Virus record (IMG/VR): IMGVR_UViG_2718218136_000002
Coordinates: 1 to 36,503 of that record
Length of the DNA stretch: 36,503 nucleotides
DNA from: a virus
Lineage: Duplodnaviria; Heunggongvirae; Uroviricota; Caudoviricetes
Reading direction: 5' to 3' (one strand)
In this document: one piece after another, positions 1-8,796 of the stretch
Layout: each line of letters opens with the position of its first letter
Numbering within the stretch: position 1 is the stretch's first letter
Made by a program: the position numbers and the translations under genes
Notes under the pieces: model-generated
Database searches by the model: none
Seen by the model: only the letters and a program-made list of their open reading frames with translations
Told to the model about the DNA's origin: nothing

Positions 1-690
1 GTGAATGAGTTCAAGGGGATATTATTTGATAAAAATAGAAGGTCTTCAGAGTTTCTACTTAATTTTTATGAATGTTGCTATGAGTTTTTACCAAGAGCGC
101 AGCCTCAGGATAAAATCGAAAGCTATAATTCAGCACTGCAAGCTTTCTCCATCTTTTGTTCATCTACGTTGATACATAATAATATAGGCTTTGATTTCAA
201 ATTATTTCCAGAAGTCAAACTGTGTGGGGAAAATCTTGAAACGGTATTCAAATATAAAAATGGCGATGATGTCCGGGAGATAGCCAAAATTAACATTGCT
301 CTCCAAAAAGAAGAGGATGGTTTATATAATTTAGGTGGATTGGATTTTAAGGGATGCTTCTTTTCTGGACAGAACTTCAGTAACTATGATATTCAATATG
401 TGAACTGGGGAACGTCATTGTTTGATCTTGATACTCCGTGTATTTTTAATGCGCCTGCTTACAACAAGAGTAATGAAAAATCATTAAAACCTGTGAGCGA
501 AAACGGTTTAAGTGGAGTCTTGACTGATCGTAATAATAAAATAAAACTCATCACGGGCGTGGCACCATTCGATGATATTTTATTTATGGATGATGACTTT
601 GATGATAGTTCCTCTGAGGATGATCCCGTTGAGAATAGTCCTGTTGTGACTAGTCCCGTTGTATCAAGTTCTAAAAGCAGTTTTCAATGA
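1..690 (+). CDS. Hypothetical protein, possibly 5-prime truncated by the window edge; AT-rich, with an acidic Ser/Asp-rich C-terminal tail
   Basis: Open frame of 229 codons from position 1 (GTG) to a stop at 688-690. Composition is visibly AT-rich compared with the prophage. No family recognised. Confidence 0.4.
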   Translation: MNEFKGILFDKNRRSSEFLLNFYECCYEFLPRAQPQDKIESYNSALQAFSIFCSSTLIHNNIGFDFKLFPEVKLCGENLETVFKYKNGDDVREIAKINIALQKEEDGLYNLGGLDFKGCFFSGQNFSNYDIQYVNWGTSLFDLDTPCIFNAPAYNKSNEKSLKPVSENGLSGVLTDRNNKIKLITGVAPFDDILFMDDDFDDSSSEDDPVENSPVVTSPVVSSSKSSFQ

Positions 691-776
691 TTAATAAATG
701 GCTATTTTTACAAAGAGATAATAACGTAGATTGAAACAATATGTATTATTGATTGATTAAACGGGATTATTTTTTA

Positions 777-870
777 CACTACAACCATTTTGCTGCCACT
801 ACCAAAGAAAAAGGGGCTACGCTTTCACGTAACCCCTTGATTTATTTGTTGAGCTGGCGGTGTCTGAATT
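777..870. repeat. Second, degenerate copy of the ssrA 3-prime flank: terminator hairpin plus decayed tmRNA 3-prime end (old att remnant)
   Basis: 795-848 matches 35392-35445 with one mismatch. The next ~15 bp (tgttgagctggcggtg) is a decayed version of tggtggagctggcggg. About 12-20 bp upstream (ccattttgc-gccactacc) is also shared with 35374-35391. Confidence 0.7.
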
Positions 871-984
871 GGTGCTGTAATTGGTTGAAATATTTATTCT
901 AATGTCTGGTTCAACTTTCCTTAGCTGCCTGAAAGTTTTTTTGATCTTACCCATCAATAATAGGGTTACGGTACACCACGCCTG

Positions 985-1225
985 ACTGATGAACTGCGTG
1001 CTCAGGGTTACCTCTTCAACGTAAAACCGTGGCAGGAGGTCCGGACTGAAAAAACTGCTCAGGACATTATCGGCGGTGGACGCACGGGTAGTCTGTAAAC
1101 CGAACCGACTGGGGCGCAGTATGTGGCATCTTGTCGTGCTGTTGGAGGAGCTGTGCAAACGTGGTATTAACTTTCGTGCTCTGGCCCAATCTATATTTGC
1201 CCAACAATGGGGGGACGAATGCTGT
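985..1225 (+). pseudogene. Serine DNA invertase (Pin/Gin/Hin family) fragment, frame-disrupted
   Basis: Translated fragment KPNRLGRSMWHLVVLLEELCKRGINFRALAQSI resembles LDRLGRSMRHLVTLIEELRQRGVNFRSLTDSI of the intact invertase at 26978-27544. A DNA stretch aaaaaactgctcaggacattatcggcggtgga is nearly identical to 27111-27142. The frame is broken and both N- and C-terminal parts are missing. Confidence 0.6.
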
Positions 1226-1593
1226 AAAAGTAAAAGAATCTGCGATCTCAAAGTTATTGTGTTATTTTTATGTGAGCAGAAGATATTCATCAGAAACGAT
1301 TATGTAAATCATTTTATTTTGCCGACGGCCTGATTGTCGAAAGAAAAGAATACCCCCGTATTCCCTGAATAGATTGACTTTTTTATCCAACCATACTTCA
1401 GCGCACTGCGTTTAAAAAATGCTTCTTTCTTATGTGGAATATCATCATTTCATCATGATGTCTTTGATGAGCGGTGAACACAATACACTTGCGCTGTCTC
1501 TTCAGGATGAATCCCCTGGTCTGGTGCCTGTGGGCTGATGTTGCAGCAGAGCTAAGGTCGCTTAAACGCTACTCAGTATTCACTTTTCAGAGG

Positions 1594-4500
1594 ATGAAAT
1601 TTATGAACAGGACCAGTCCCCATTATTGTCGCCGCTCAGTACTTTCCTTATTGATATCTGCCTTGATATATGCCCCGCCTGGGATGACGGCCTTCACTCC
1701 TGATGTTATTGGTGTGGTAAACGATGAGACTGTAGATGGCAGCCAAAGAGTAGATGAACGAGGTACAACAAATAACACTCATATTATCAACCATGGCCAG
1801 CAGAATGTTCATGGCGGGGTATCTAATGGAAGTCTTATTGAATCGGGTGGATATCAAGATGTAGGAAGTCATAACAATTTTGTGGGGCAGGCTAATAATA
1901 CAACCATTAACGGAGGAAGACAGACAATTCATGACGGGGGCATTTCCACCGGTACGATAATCGACAGTGGCAATCAGGACGTTTATACAGGTGGTATCAG
2001 CAATGGAACGACAATTAAGGGTGGTAATTCACACATAAGTGGGGGGACTGCGAATGGAACCATCATTGATGGTGGAGGGCAGAAAGTAACAACTCAGGGG
2101 CATGTTGATGGTACAACGATAAATAAGTCCGGTTATCAGGACATCACGCAAGGAAGTATTGCAACGAACACAATCATAAATGGTGGACGACAGTATGTTG
2201 AACAGAGCACAGTAGGAACAACCACCATTAAAAATGGCGGTGAGCAAAGAGTATATGAAAGCCATGCGCTGGACACGACGATTGAAGGTGGAACTCAGTC
2301 TCTGAATAATAAGTCAACGGCAAAAATACTCAGATCTATTCTGGTGGTACGCAAATTGTTGATTACACCAGCTCCTCGGATGTTATTGAAGTTTATTCCG
2401 GTGGCGTGCTTGATGTTAGTGGTGGTACGGCAACAAATGTTACCCAGCACGATGGTGCAATTTTAAAAACAAACACTAACGGTACGACGGTGAGCGGTAC
2501 GAATAGTGAAGGTGCATTCTCCATCCACAATCACGTGGCAGACAATGTGTTGCTGGAAAACGGTGGTCATTTAGACATAAACGCATATGGTTCGGCAAAC
2601 AAGACGATTATTAAAGATAAAGGAACAATGTCAGTTTTAACGAATGCTAAAGCTGATGCGACCCGAATAGATAACGGCGGGGTAATGGATGTTACCGGAA
2701 ACGCGACCAATACCATAATCAATGGTGGTACACAGAATATTAATAATCATGGTATTGCCACGGGTACCAATATCAACGGCGGAACGCAAAATATCAAGAG
2801 CGGCGGGAAAGCTGACACGACAATTATATCCTCCGGGAGCCGGCAGGTTGTTGAGAAAGATGGTACGGCAACTGGCAGCAATATTAGCGCCGGAGGCTCG
2901 CTGATTGTCTATACCGGTGGTATTGCACATGGGGTTAACCAGGAGACGGGCAGTGCTTTAGTTGCCAACACGGGCGCAGGGACTGATATTGAAGGATACA
3001 ACAAGCTCTCTCACTTCACTATTACCGGAGGGGAGGCTAATTATGTTGTGCTGGAAAATACCGGCGAACTGACGGTAGTGGCTAAAACCTCGGCGAAAAA
3101 TACTACCGTTGATGCTGGCGGTAAGCTGATTGTCCAGAAGGAGGCTAAAACAGATACCACCAGACTTAATAATGGTGGCGTTCTGGAGGTTCAGGACGGT
3201 GGTGAGGCTAAGCATGTTGAGCAACAATCCGGCGGCGCATTAATTGCTTCCACAACTTCCGGAACCCTTATCGAAGGAACCAACAGTTATGGTGATGCTT
3301 TCTACATCAGGAATTCAGAAGCTAAAAATGTAGTGCTGGAAAACGCTGGCTCATTAACAGTCGTCACTGGTTCCCGGGCAGTTGATACGATTATTAATGC
3401 CAACGGCAAAATGGATGTTTATGGAAAAGATGTTGGCACTGTACTCAATAGTGCTGGCACCCAAACAATATATGCCAGTGCCACTTCTGATAAAGCAAAT
3501 ATCAAAGGTGGCAAGCAAACGGTATATGGATTAGCCACTGAGGCAAATATCGAAAGTGGTGAACAAATTGTTGATGGTGGGTCAACAGAGAAAACACACA
3601 TCAATGGTGGCACGCAAACCGTTCAGAATTATGGTAAGGCAATCAATACCGATATCGTCTCTGGCCTACAACAAATTATGGCAAACGGGACAGCGGAAGG
3701 TTCCATTATTAATGGGTGTTCACAGGTAGTTAATGAGGGCGGTCTGGCTGAAAACTCGGTGCTTAATGACGGCGGCACACTCGATGTGCGGGAGAAAGGC
3801 AGCGCAACGGGGATACAGCAGAGTAGCCAGGACGCTTTGGTTGCAACCACCAGGGCGACGCGGGTCACAGGAACACGCGCGGATGGCGTCGCGTTCAGCA
3901 TCGAGCAGGGTGCGGCGAACAATATCCTGCTGGCAAATGGCGGCGTGTTAACCATGGAGTCAGACACCTCTTCTGACAAAACACAGGTCAATACGGGCGG
4001 ACGGGAGATCGTCAAAACAAAAGCCACTGCGACAGGCACGACGCTCACCGGCGGCGAACAAATCGTCGAGGGGGTGGCGAATGAGACAACGATTAACGAC
4101 GGCGGAATACAAACAGTTTCAGCTAACGGAGAGGCAATAAAAACAAAGATCAATGAAGGCGGTACGCTGACAGTTAACGATAATGGCAAAGCGACAGATA
4201 TCGTCCAGAACAGCGGTGCCGCTCTCCAGACGAGCACGGCTAACGGTATTGAAATCAGCGGTACTCACCAGTACGGCACTTTTTCCATTTCCGGCAATTT
4301 AGCGACCAATATGTTGCTGGAAAATGGCGGTAATTTATTGGTATTAGCAGGTACCGAAGCTCGCGACTCCACGGTTGGCAGCGGTGGAGCCGCCAACGGC
4401 AGTTATCGCAGCAACGGGCTGGGCGGTCACATTGAAACCGGGATGCGATTTACCGATGGTAACTGGAACCTGACGCCGTATGCATCGTTAACGGGGGTTC

Positions 4501-4863
4501 ACCGCTGATAACCCTGAATATCATTTATCCAATGGCATGGAATCGAAATCAGTCGATACCCGCAGTTTATATCGTGAACTGGGTGCAACGCTGAGTTACA
4601 ACATGCGTCTGGGGAACGGTATGGAAGTTGAGCCGTGGCTGAAGGCGGCTGTGCGCAAAGAATTTGTCGATGATAACCGGGTGAAAGTGAATAGTGACGG
4701 TAATTTCGTCAATGATTTGTCGGGCAGACGTGGAATATACCAGGCAGGTATTAAAGCCTCATTCAGCAGTACGTTAAGCGGGCATCTTGGGGTGGGGTAT
4801 AGCCATGGTGCCGGTGTGGAATCCCCGTGGAACGGGGTAGCTGGTGTGAACTGGTCGTTCTGA
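1594..4863 (+). pseudogene. Autotransporter adhesin (AIDA/YpjA-like passenger repeats plus C-terminal beta-domain), disrupted by frame changes
   Basis: Signal-peptide-like start (MKFMNRTSPHYCRRSVLSLLISALIYAPPGMTA). Long arrays of about 19-aa repeats (..G.ATNT.INGG.Q.V..). Three consecutive ORFs in different frames (1474-2466, 2406-4508, 4537-4863). The last ends in the typical autotransporter terminal W-S-F, but the beta-domain is too short. Confidence 0.6.
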
Positions 4864-4874
4864 CCATCAACGAA

Positions 4875-4896
4875 AAAGCCCACATCTGTGGGCTTT
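4875..4896. terminator. Hairpin with flanking A- and T-tracts just after the autotransporter stop (possible bidirectional terminator)
   Basis: aaagcccaca tc tgtgggcttt forms a perfect 10-bp stem. A run of 5 T follows on the minus strand and 3 T on the plus strand. Confidence 0.4.
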
Positions 4897-5022
4897 CATG
4901 TCACCAGGAGCCGCGGCTCCTTTGCGTATCCTTTTATGTCTCTTCACCGTCTGGTCGGTGTCCTGCTGAGACTGCTAACTTCCTGTTTTTATTGGTGTTG
5001 TCCTTATACCGTCCAATCATGA

Positions 5023-5068
5023 TTGGTGGAGCTGGCGGGAGTTGAACCCGCGTCCGAAATTCCTACAT
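5023..5068. repeat. Distal att core: direct repeat of the tmRNA 3-prime end (prophage boundary on the integrase side)
   Basis: ttggtggagctggcgggagttgaacccgcgtccgaaattcctacat is identical to 35443-35488, which lies inside the tmRNA 3-prime end. Confidence 0.85.
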
Positions 5069-5185
5069 ACCATTTTTACACTAACGAAATCATATTTTTT
5101 CATTTTAAATCATGATGTTATTGTTAATCTGTGTTTGCTTGTTTTACTTGTTTTTAGTGCTCTGCCGCCAAAGTGCCGCCATTTA

Positions 5186-6211
5186 TTAGCGATGCCAGTT
5201 GAGGTTATGAAGTGGATTTTTGGTAACGGCATCTTCCAGATGATCCGGTGCAAAATGGGCATAAATCATGGTCATTTTAATATCAGCGTGCCCTAAAATA
5301 TCCCTCAATACTAAAATGTTTCCGCCGTTCATCATAAAGTGGCTGGCGAAAGTGTGGCGCAGAACGTGGGTACATTGACCTTCAGGTAGTTCAATTCCAG
5401 CTCGTTTTACCGCACGCTCAAAAGCCTTTCGGCATGGTGTGAATAACTTTCCCCTGTTTTTGGGTAATTCTTCATACAGTTCCTGAGAAATAGGAACAGT
5501 TCGGTTTTTCTTTCCTTTTGTTTTGGTATAGGTAATTCGATACTTTGATATCTGGTTACCTTGCAGGTTTTCGGCTTCGCTCCATCTTGCCCCGGTTGCC
5601 AGACAAATCTTGGCAATCATTAGCAGACTGGGACTTTGAGATTCAGCACAAGCGTCAAGCAGGCGTTTGATTTCATCAGCAGCAAGGAACGCCAGTTCAC
5701 CCTCTGCAATTTTGAAAGTTGGCAGACCGGCGAGAGGGTTGGGTGCAGACCAATGTCCCAGCTTTTTCAGTGTGCCAAAAACTGAGGATAGGTTACGTTG
5801 TTCAAGGTTCACCGTTCTGGGCTTAACTGGTGACATGAGCACACCATCTTCGTTTTTGACCTCACCTTTTAATCTGGCTTCCCGGTATTTTGTGAAATCA
5901 CCTGCTGTCAATTCAGAAGCGATGGGATCGCCAAGCCCATTACAAATGATTTTTAACTTAGCCATTAATCGCTTAGGGTCAGCGAGTGTCTGACCGTACA
6001 GGGAATACCATTGCTCAATCACTTCTGACAGTTGTCGCCGATCTTCCTTTTCTCCCAGCCAAGGTTTCTTGTTTACCTCGTCCATGGTGAAATTCTCAAA
6101 CGCAATGGCTTCGCCTTTCGTCGCAAATTGTTTGCGTACGCGTTTGCCATCTCGCCCGTTTGGGTAGCATTCACATAACCACTTTCCGTTCGGCTGTTTT
6201 CTGATGGTCAT
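5186..6211 (-). CDS. int: Phage integrase, tyrosine recombinase (P2/186 Int type)
   Basis: 341 aa with the C-terminal catalytic region ...HVLRHTFASHFMMNGGNILVLRDILGHADIKMTMIYAHF (R..H..Y motif context). Lies next to the att repeat. Confidence 0.93.
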   Translation of the reverse strand: MTIRKQPNGKWLCECYPNGRDGKRVRKQFATKGEAIAFENFTMDEVNKKPWLGEKEDRRQLSEVIEQWYSLYGQTLADPKRLMAKLKIICNGLGDPIASELTAGDFTKYREARLKGEVKNEDGVLMSPVKPRTVNLEQRNLSSVFGTLKKLGHWSAPNPLAGLPTFKIAEGELAFLAADEIKRLLDACAESQSPSLLMIAKICLATGARWSEAENLQGNQISKYRITYTKTKGKKNRTVPISQELYEELPKNRGKLFTPCRKAFERAVKRAGIELPEGQCTHVLRHTFASHFMMNGGNILVLRDILGHADIKMTMIYAHFAPDHLEDAVTKNPLHNLNWHR

Positions 6212-6212
6212 A

Positions 6213-6845
6213 TCAAAGGCTCTTAATGATTTTCAGTGCGCGGCCTATTACCTTAATGTCATCCAGTTCGCACTCAAACGATGAATCATCCTGATGCACT
6301 ACTAATCTGTTTCCCGGGAGTCGTGTCAATTTTACAATGCTTTTTATCCCGTCGATGTCCACTAACCACGTACCATTTACTGGTGGTGTTTGGTTGCGAT
6401 CTATTAAATAAGAATCACCAGAAGTAGTCACCAGCAGCAGGTTGCTTGAGTCTGAGGGGAGTATGCTGCTATCAATGATTGCTTTTCCAGCATCGACCAA
6501 TAAACCACCGTTGAGAGTTGCCTTTTCAATTTCAGGAGATACAAGCTCAGAAAGAGGTTTAACCTTGCTGGGGTTCACGGAATTGATATTTTTTTTAGGG
6601 TCAATGTTTGAACCTGGCTCGCCCTGTCCGGTGGTTAGCCATAGTAAAGAAACTCCTGTTTCCAAGGCGCACTGAATCACCCATTCTGCGGGAAAGCTAT
6701 CTCTTAAGTATCTGTTTGCCATAGTGCTTTTTGATGCACCTAAGTGATCGCAAAGTTGCTGTCTGGACTTGAAATCATAGGCTGCCATTAGTCTATGGAT
6801 AGCCTCTCTTCCCCCTGTATTCTCGCCAGCTTTTACCTGTATCAT
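6213..6845 (-). CDS. cI: 186-type CI immunity repressor
   Basis: 210 aa. N-terminal ...NRYLRDSFPAEWVIQCALETGVSLLWLTTGQGEP matches the 186 CI-type HTH region as I recall it. Sits directly upstream of int on the same strand. Confidence 0.8.
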   Translation of the reverse strand: MIQVKAGENTGGREAIHRLMAAYDFKSRQQLCDHLGASKSTMANRYLRDSFPAEWVIQCALETGVSLLWLTTGQGEPGSNIDPKKNINSVNPSKVKPLSELVSPEIEKATLNGGLLVDAGKAIIDSSILPSDSSNLLLVTTSGDSYLIDRNQTPPVNGTWLVDIDGIKSIVKLTRLPGNRLVVHQDDSSFECELDDIKVIGRALKIIKSL

Positions 6846-6857
6846 TTCTTAATCCTA

Positions 6858-6909
6858 TTGACGTATCAAATATTGGATCGTAGTATCTCGATGTATCAAA
6901 TATTGAATC
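6858..6909 (+). promoter_or_regulatory. pR-like early promoter with two 17-bp direct repeat operator candidates
   Basis: TTGACG (6858-6863), 17-bp spacer, TAGTAT (6881-6886). Repeats GTATCAAATATTG(G/A)ATC at 6863-6879 and 6893-6909, 30 bp apart, lie between divergent cI and apl. Confidence 0.45.
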
Positions 6910-6964
6910 TAATAAAACAAGATAAAACTACATAAACCAAACCTTAATCGAGAGATACTGCACT

Positions 6965-7213
6965 ATGAGCAACGACATTTCAATTCGTGTACCAAAAGTG
7001 ATGGCGACACCTGCAGAGTTCGCGGAATGGGAAGGCCGCTCTCGCGGTTCGGTATATCAAATGATTCATAATGGTAAACTCGCTAAGTTTTTGGAAAGAA
7101 AGGAAAAACCGAAAGACAGAGTATGTATACGTTACCTTGAGTACAAAAAGGAACAAGTCAGGAAAAACATGGGCCAATCCAATTTCAACTTTAATGTCAT
7201 CGTTGGTGACTAA
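6965..7213 (+). CDS. apl: Apl/Cox-like small DNA-binding excisionase/regulator
   Basis: 82-aa basic protein, first gene of the rightward early operon opposite cI. Position and size match 186 Apl. Confidence 0.6.
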   Translation: MSNDISIRVPKVMATPAEFAEWEGRSRGSVYQMIHNGKLAKFLERKEKPKDRVCIRYLEYKKEQVRKNMGQSNFNFNVIVGD

Positions 7214-7245
7214 GTTCAATTATGAGAACTTTCTAAGGTGGCAGC

Positions 7246-7755
7246 ATGTTTGATTACAAAATTTCCAAACATCCGCATTTTGATGAAGCCTGTAGAACTT
7301 TTGCACTACGTCACAATATGGCGAAGCTGGCAGAACGTGCAGGAATGAATGTCCAGACTCTGCGAAACAAACTCAACCCAGATCAACCGCATCAGCTCAA
7401 TGCGCCAGAAATCTGGCTGCTTACCGATCTGACTGAAGATTCAACGCTGATAGATGGTTTTCTGGCACAGATTCACTGCCTGCCATGTGTACCGATTAAT
7501 GAGGTAGCAAAAGAGAAACTGCCGCATTACGTCATGAGTGCAACCGCAGAGATCGGGCGTGTTGCTGCAGGTGCGGTATCTGGCAATGTAAAAACCAGTG
7601 CAGGTCGTCGTGATGCTATCAGCAGCATTAACTCTGTAACACGACTGATGGCGCTGGCTGCTGTTTCATTGCAGGCCCGTTTACAGGCTAACCCGGCGAT
7701 GGCGAGTGCAGTTGATACCATGACTGGCCTTGGTGCTTCATTCGGTTTGCTGTGA
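7246..7755 (+). CDS. cII: CII-like lysogeny establishment activator (186 CII type)
   Basis: 169 aa, MFDYKISKHPHFDEACRTFALRHNMAKLAERAGMNVQTLRNKLNP... resembles 186 CII from memory, and the position after apl fits. Confidence 0.75.
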   Translation: MFDYKISKHPHFDEACRTFALRHNMAKLAERAGMNVQTLRNKLNPDQPHQLNAPEIWLLTDLTEDSTLIDGFLAQIHCLPCVPINEVAKEKLPHYVMSATAEIGRVAAGAVSGNVKTSAGRRDAISSINSVTRLMALAAVSLQARLQANPAMASAVDTMTGLGASFGLL

Positions 7756-7762
7756 GGTGCTT

Positions 7763-7963
7763 ATGCTTACGAAAGAACCATCATTTGCATCGCTGCTGGT
7801 TAAACAAAGCCCGGCAATGCACTACGGTCACGGCTGGATCATGGGTGAGGATGGTAAACGCTGGCATCCGTGCCGTTCACAAGATGAATTGCTGGCAGAA
7901 CTATCTACGAAAAAACGGGGGAACAAATGGCTATTGAAGGCGCTGCGGCGACTGTTCCATTAA
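7763..7963 (+). CDS. Hypothetical early protein
   Basis: 66-codon ORF with GAGGTG upstream of the ATG. The alternative overlapping frame 7752-7937 looks less protein-like. Confidence 0.35.
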   Translation: MLTKEPSFASLLVKQSPAMHYGHGWIMGEDGKRWHPCRSQDELLAELSTKKRGNKWLLKALRRLFH

Positions 7964-8268
7964 GCCCCGGTCAACGCCTGAATGGACTTAATCACATTGC
8001 GGAGTTAAGGGCGAAAGTTTTTGGTCTGAATATTGAGTCAGAGCTTGAGCGGTTTATTAAAGATATGCGTGATCCACGCGATATTAATAGCGAACAAAAT
8101 AAACGGGCACTGGCTGCCATATTCTTTATGGCAAAAATTCCAGCTGAACGTCATAGCATCAGCATTAATGAGCTGACCACTGACGAAAAGCGGGAGTTGA
8201 TTAAAGCAATGAATCATTTTCGTGCAGTGGTGAGCTTATTTCCCAGACGGCTAACCATGCCGAATTAA
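7927..8268 (+). CDS. Hypothetical early protein
   Basis: 113-codon ORF with a G-rich RBS, in the early operon. Confidence 0.5.
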   Translation: MAIEGAAATVPLSPGQRLNGLNHIAELRAKVFGLNIESELERFIKDMRDPRDINSEQNKRALAAIFFMAKIPAERHSISINELTTDEKRELIKAMNHFRAVVSLFPRRLTMPN

Positions 8269-8335
8269 CCAACTAATGAAATTAATGGCGTAAACCCGCC
8301 GGGCATCCCTTTATCTAAATTCAGGAGAATTGCTT

Positions 8336-8569
8336 ATGCGTAATATTGAAACCCTCACGACCAAAACCGGACCGGATGATGCAGGTCTTAATCTTTTACT
8401 GACAGAGGCTCGTCTGGAAGAACGCCGGGCAAGGGCTGAAGCAATGGCTGCTCGCCTCGATAGCCTGGCGTGTCATATCACCTCCCGCCAGCTAAACCAC
8501 GTCGAAGCGGCAGAACTGCTGCGTGTGACTGCTGAAGCAATCCAGAACGAAGCGCAGGAGATCCACTGA
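8336..8569 (+). CDS. Hypothetical early protein (coiled-coil, Ala/Glu-rich)
   Basis: ATG at 8336 with AGGAG 8 nt upstream. Its stop overlaps the next start (ATGA). Confidence 0.5.
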   Translation: MRNIETLTTKTGPDDAGLNLLLTEARLEERRARAEAMAARLDSLACHITSRQLNHVEAAELLRVTAEAIQNEAQEIH

Positions 8570-8796
8570 TGGCTGATGCAATGGATCTCGTACAGCAGCG
8601 CGTTGAAGAAGAACGCCAACGCCATATCCGTGCTGCCCGTGCCAAAACGCCGGGCGTGTCCCGCGTGCTTTGCGTTGAGTGTGAAGCGCCAATTCCGCCA
8701 GCACGCCGCCGTGCCATTCCTGGAGTGCAGCTTTGCATTACCTGCCAGGAAATCGCAGAGCTGAAAGGCAAACATTACAACGGAGGTGCTGTATGA
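8569..8796 (+). CDS. TraR/DksA-family C4 zinc-finger protein
   Basis: 75 aa with CVEC...17 aa...CITC (C-x2-C-x17-C-x2-C). Confidence 0.65.
   Translation: MADAMDLVQQRVEEERQRHIRAARAKTPGVSRVLCVECEAPIPPARRRAIPGVQLCITCQEIAELKGKHYNGGAV

Noticed and set aside
817-1290. 157-aa minus-strand ORF
   Set aside because: Runs antisense across the att remnant and the invertase pseudogene fragment. Its composition looks like off-frame translation.
3629-4237. 202-aa minus-strand ORF inside the autotransporter
   Set aside because: Antisense to the repeat-rich passenger region. Pro/Ser/Val-rich low-complexity translation typical of a shadow ORF.
4903-4920. GGAGCCGCGGCTCC palindrome followed by TTTG
   Set aside because: The perfect 14-bp palindrome leaves essentially no loop. 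It could be a restriction-site-like palindrome rather than a terminator; insufficient evidence.
5042-5296. 84-aa plus-strand ORF between att and int
   Set aside because: Overlaps the att arm and the 3-prime end of int on the opposite strand. No RBS and no coding character.
7752-7937. 61-aa alternative-frame ORF in the early region
   Set aside because: Cys/Trp/Arg/His-rich composition typical of an off-frame translation. The overlapping 7763-7963 frame is more protein-like, though itself only weakly supported.
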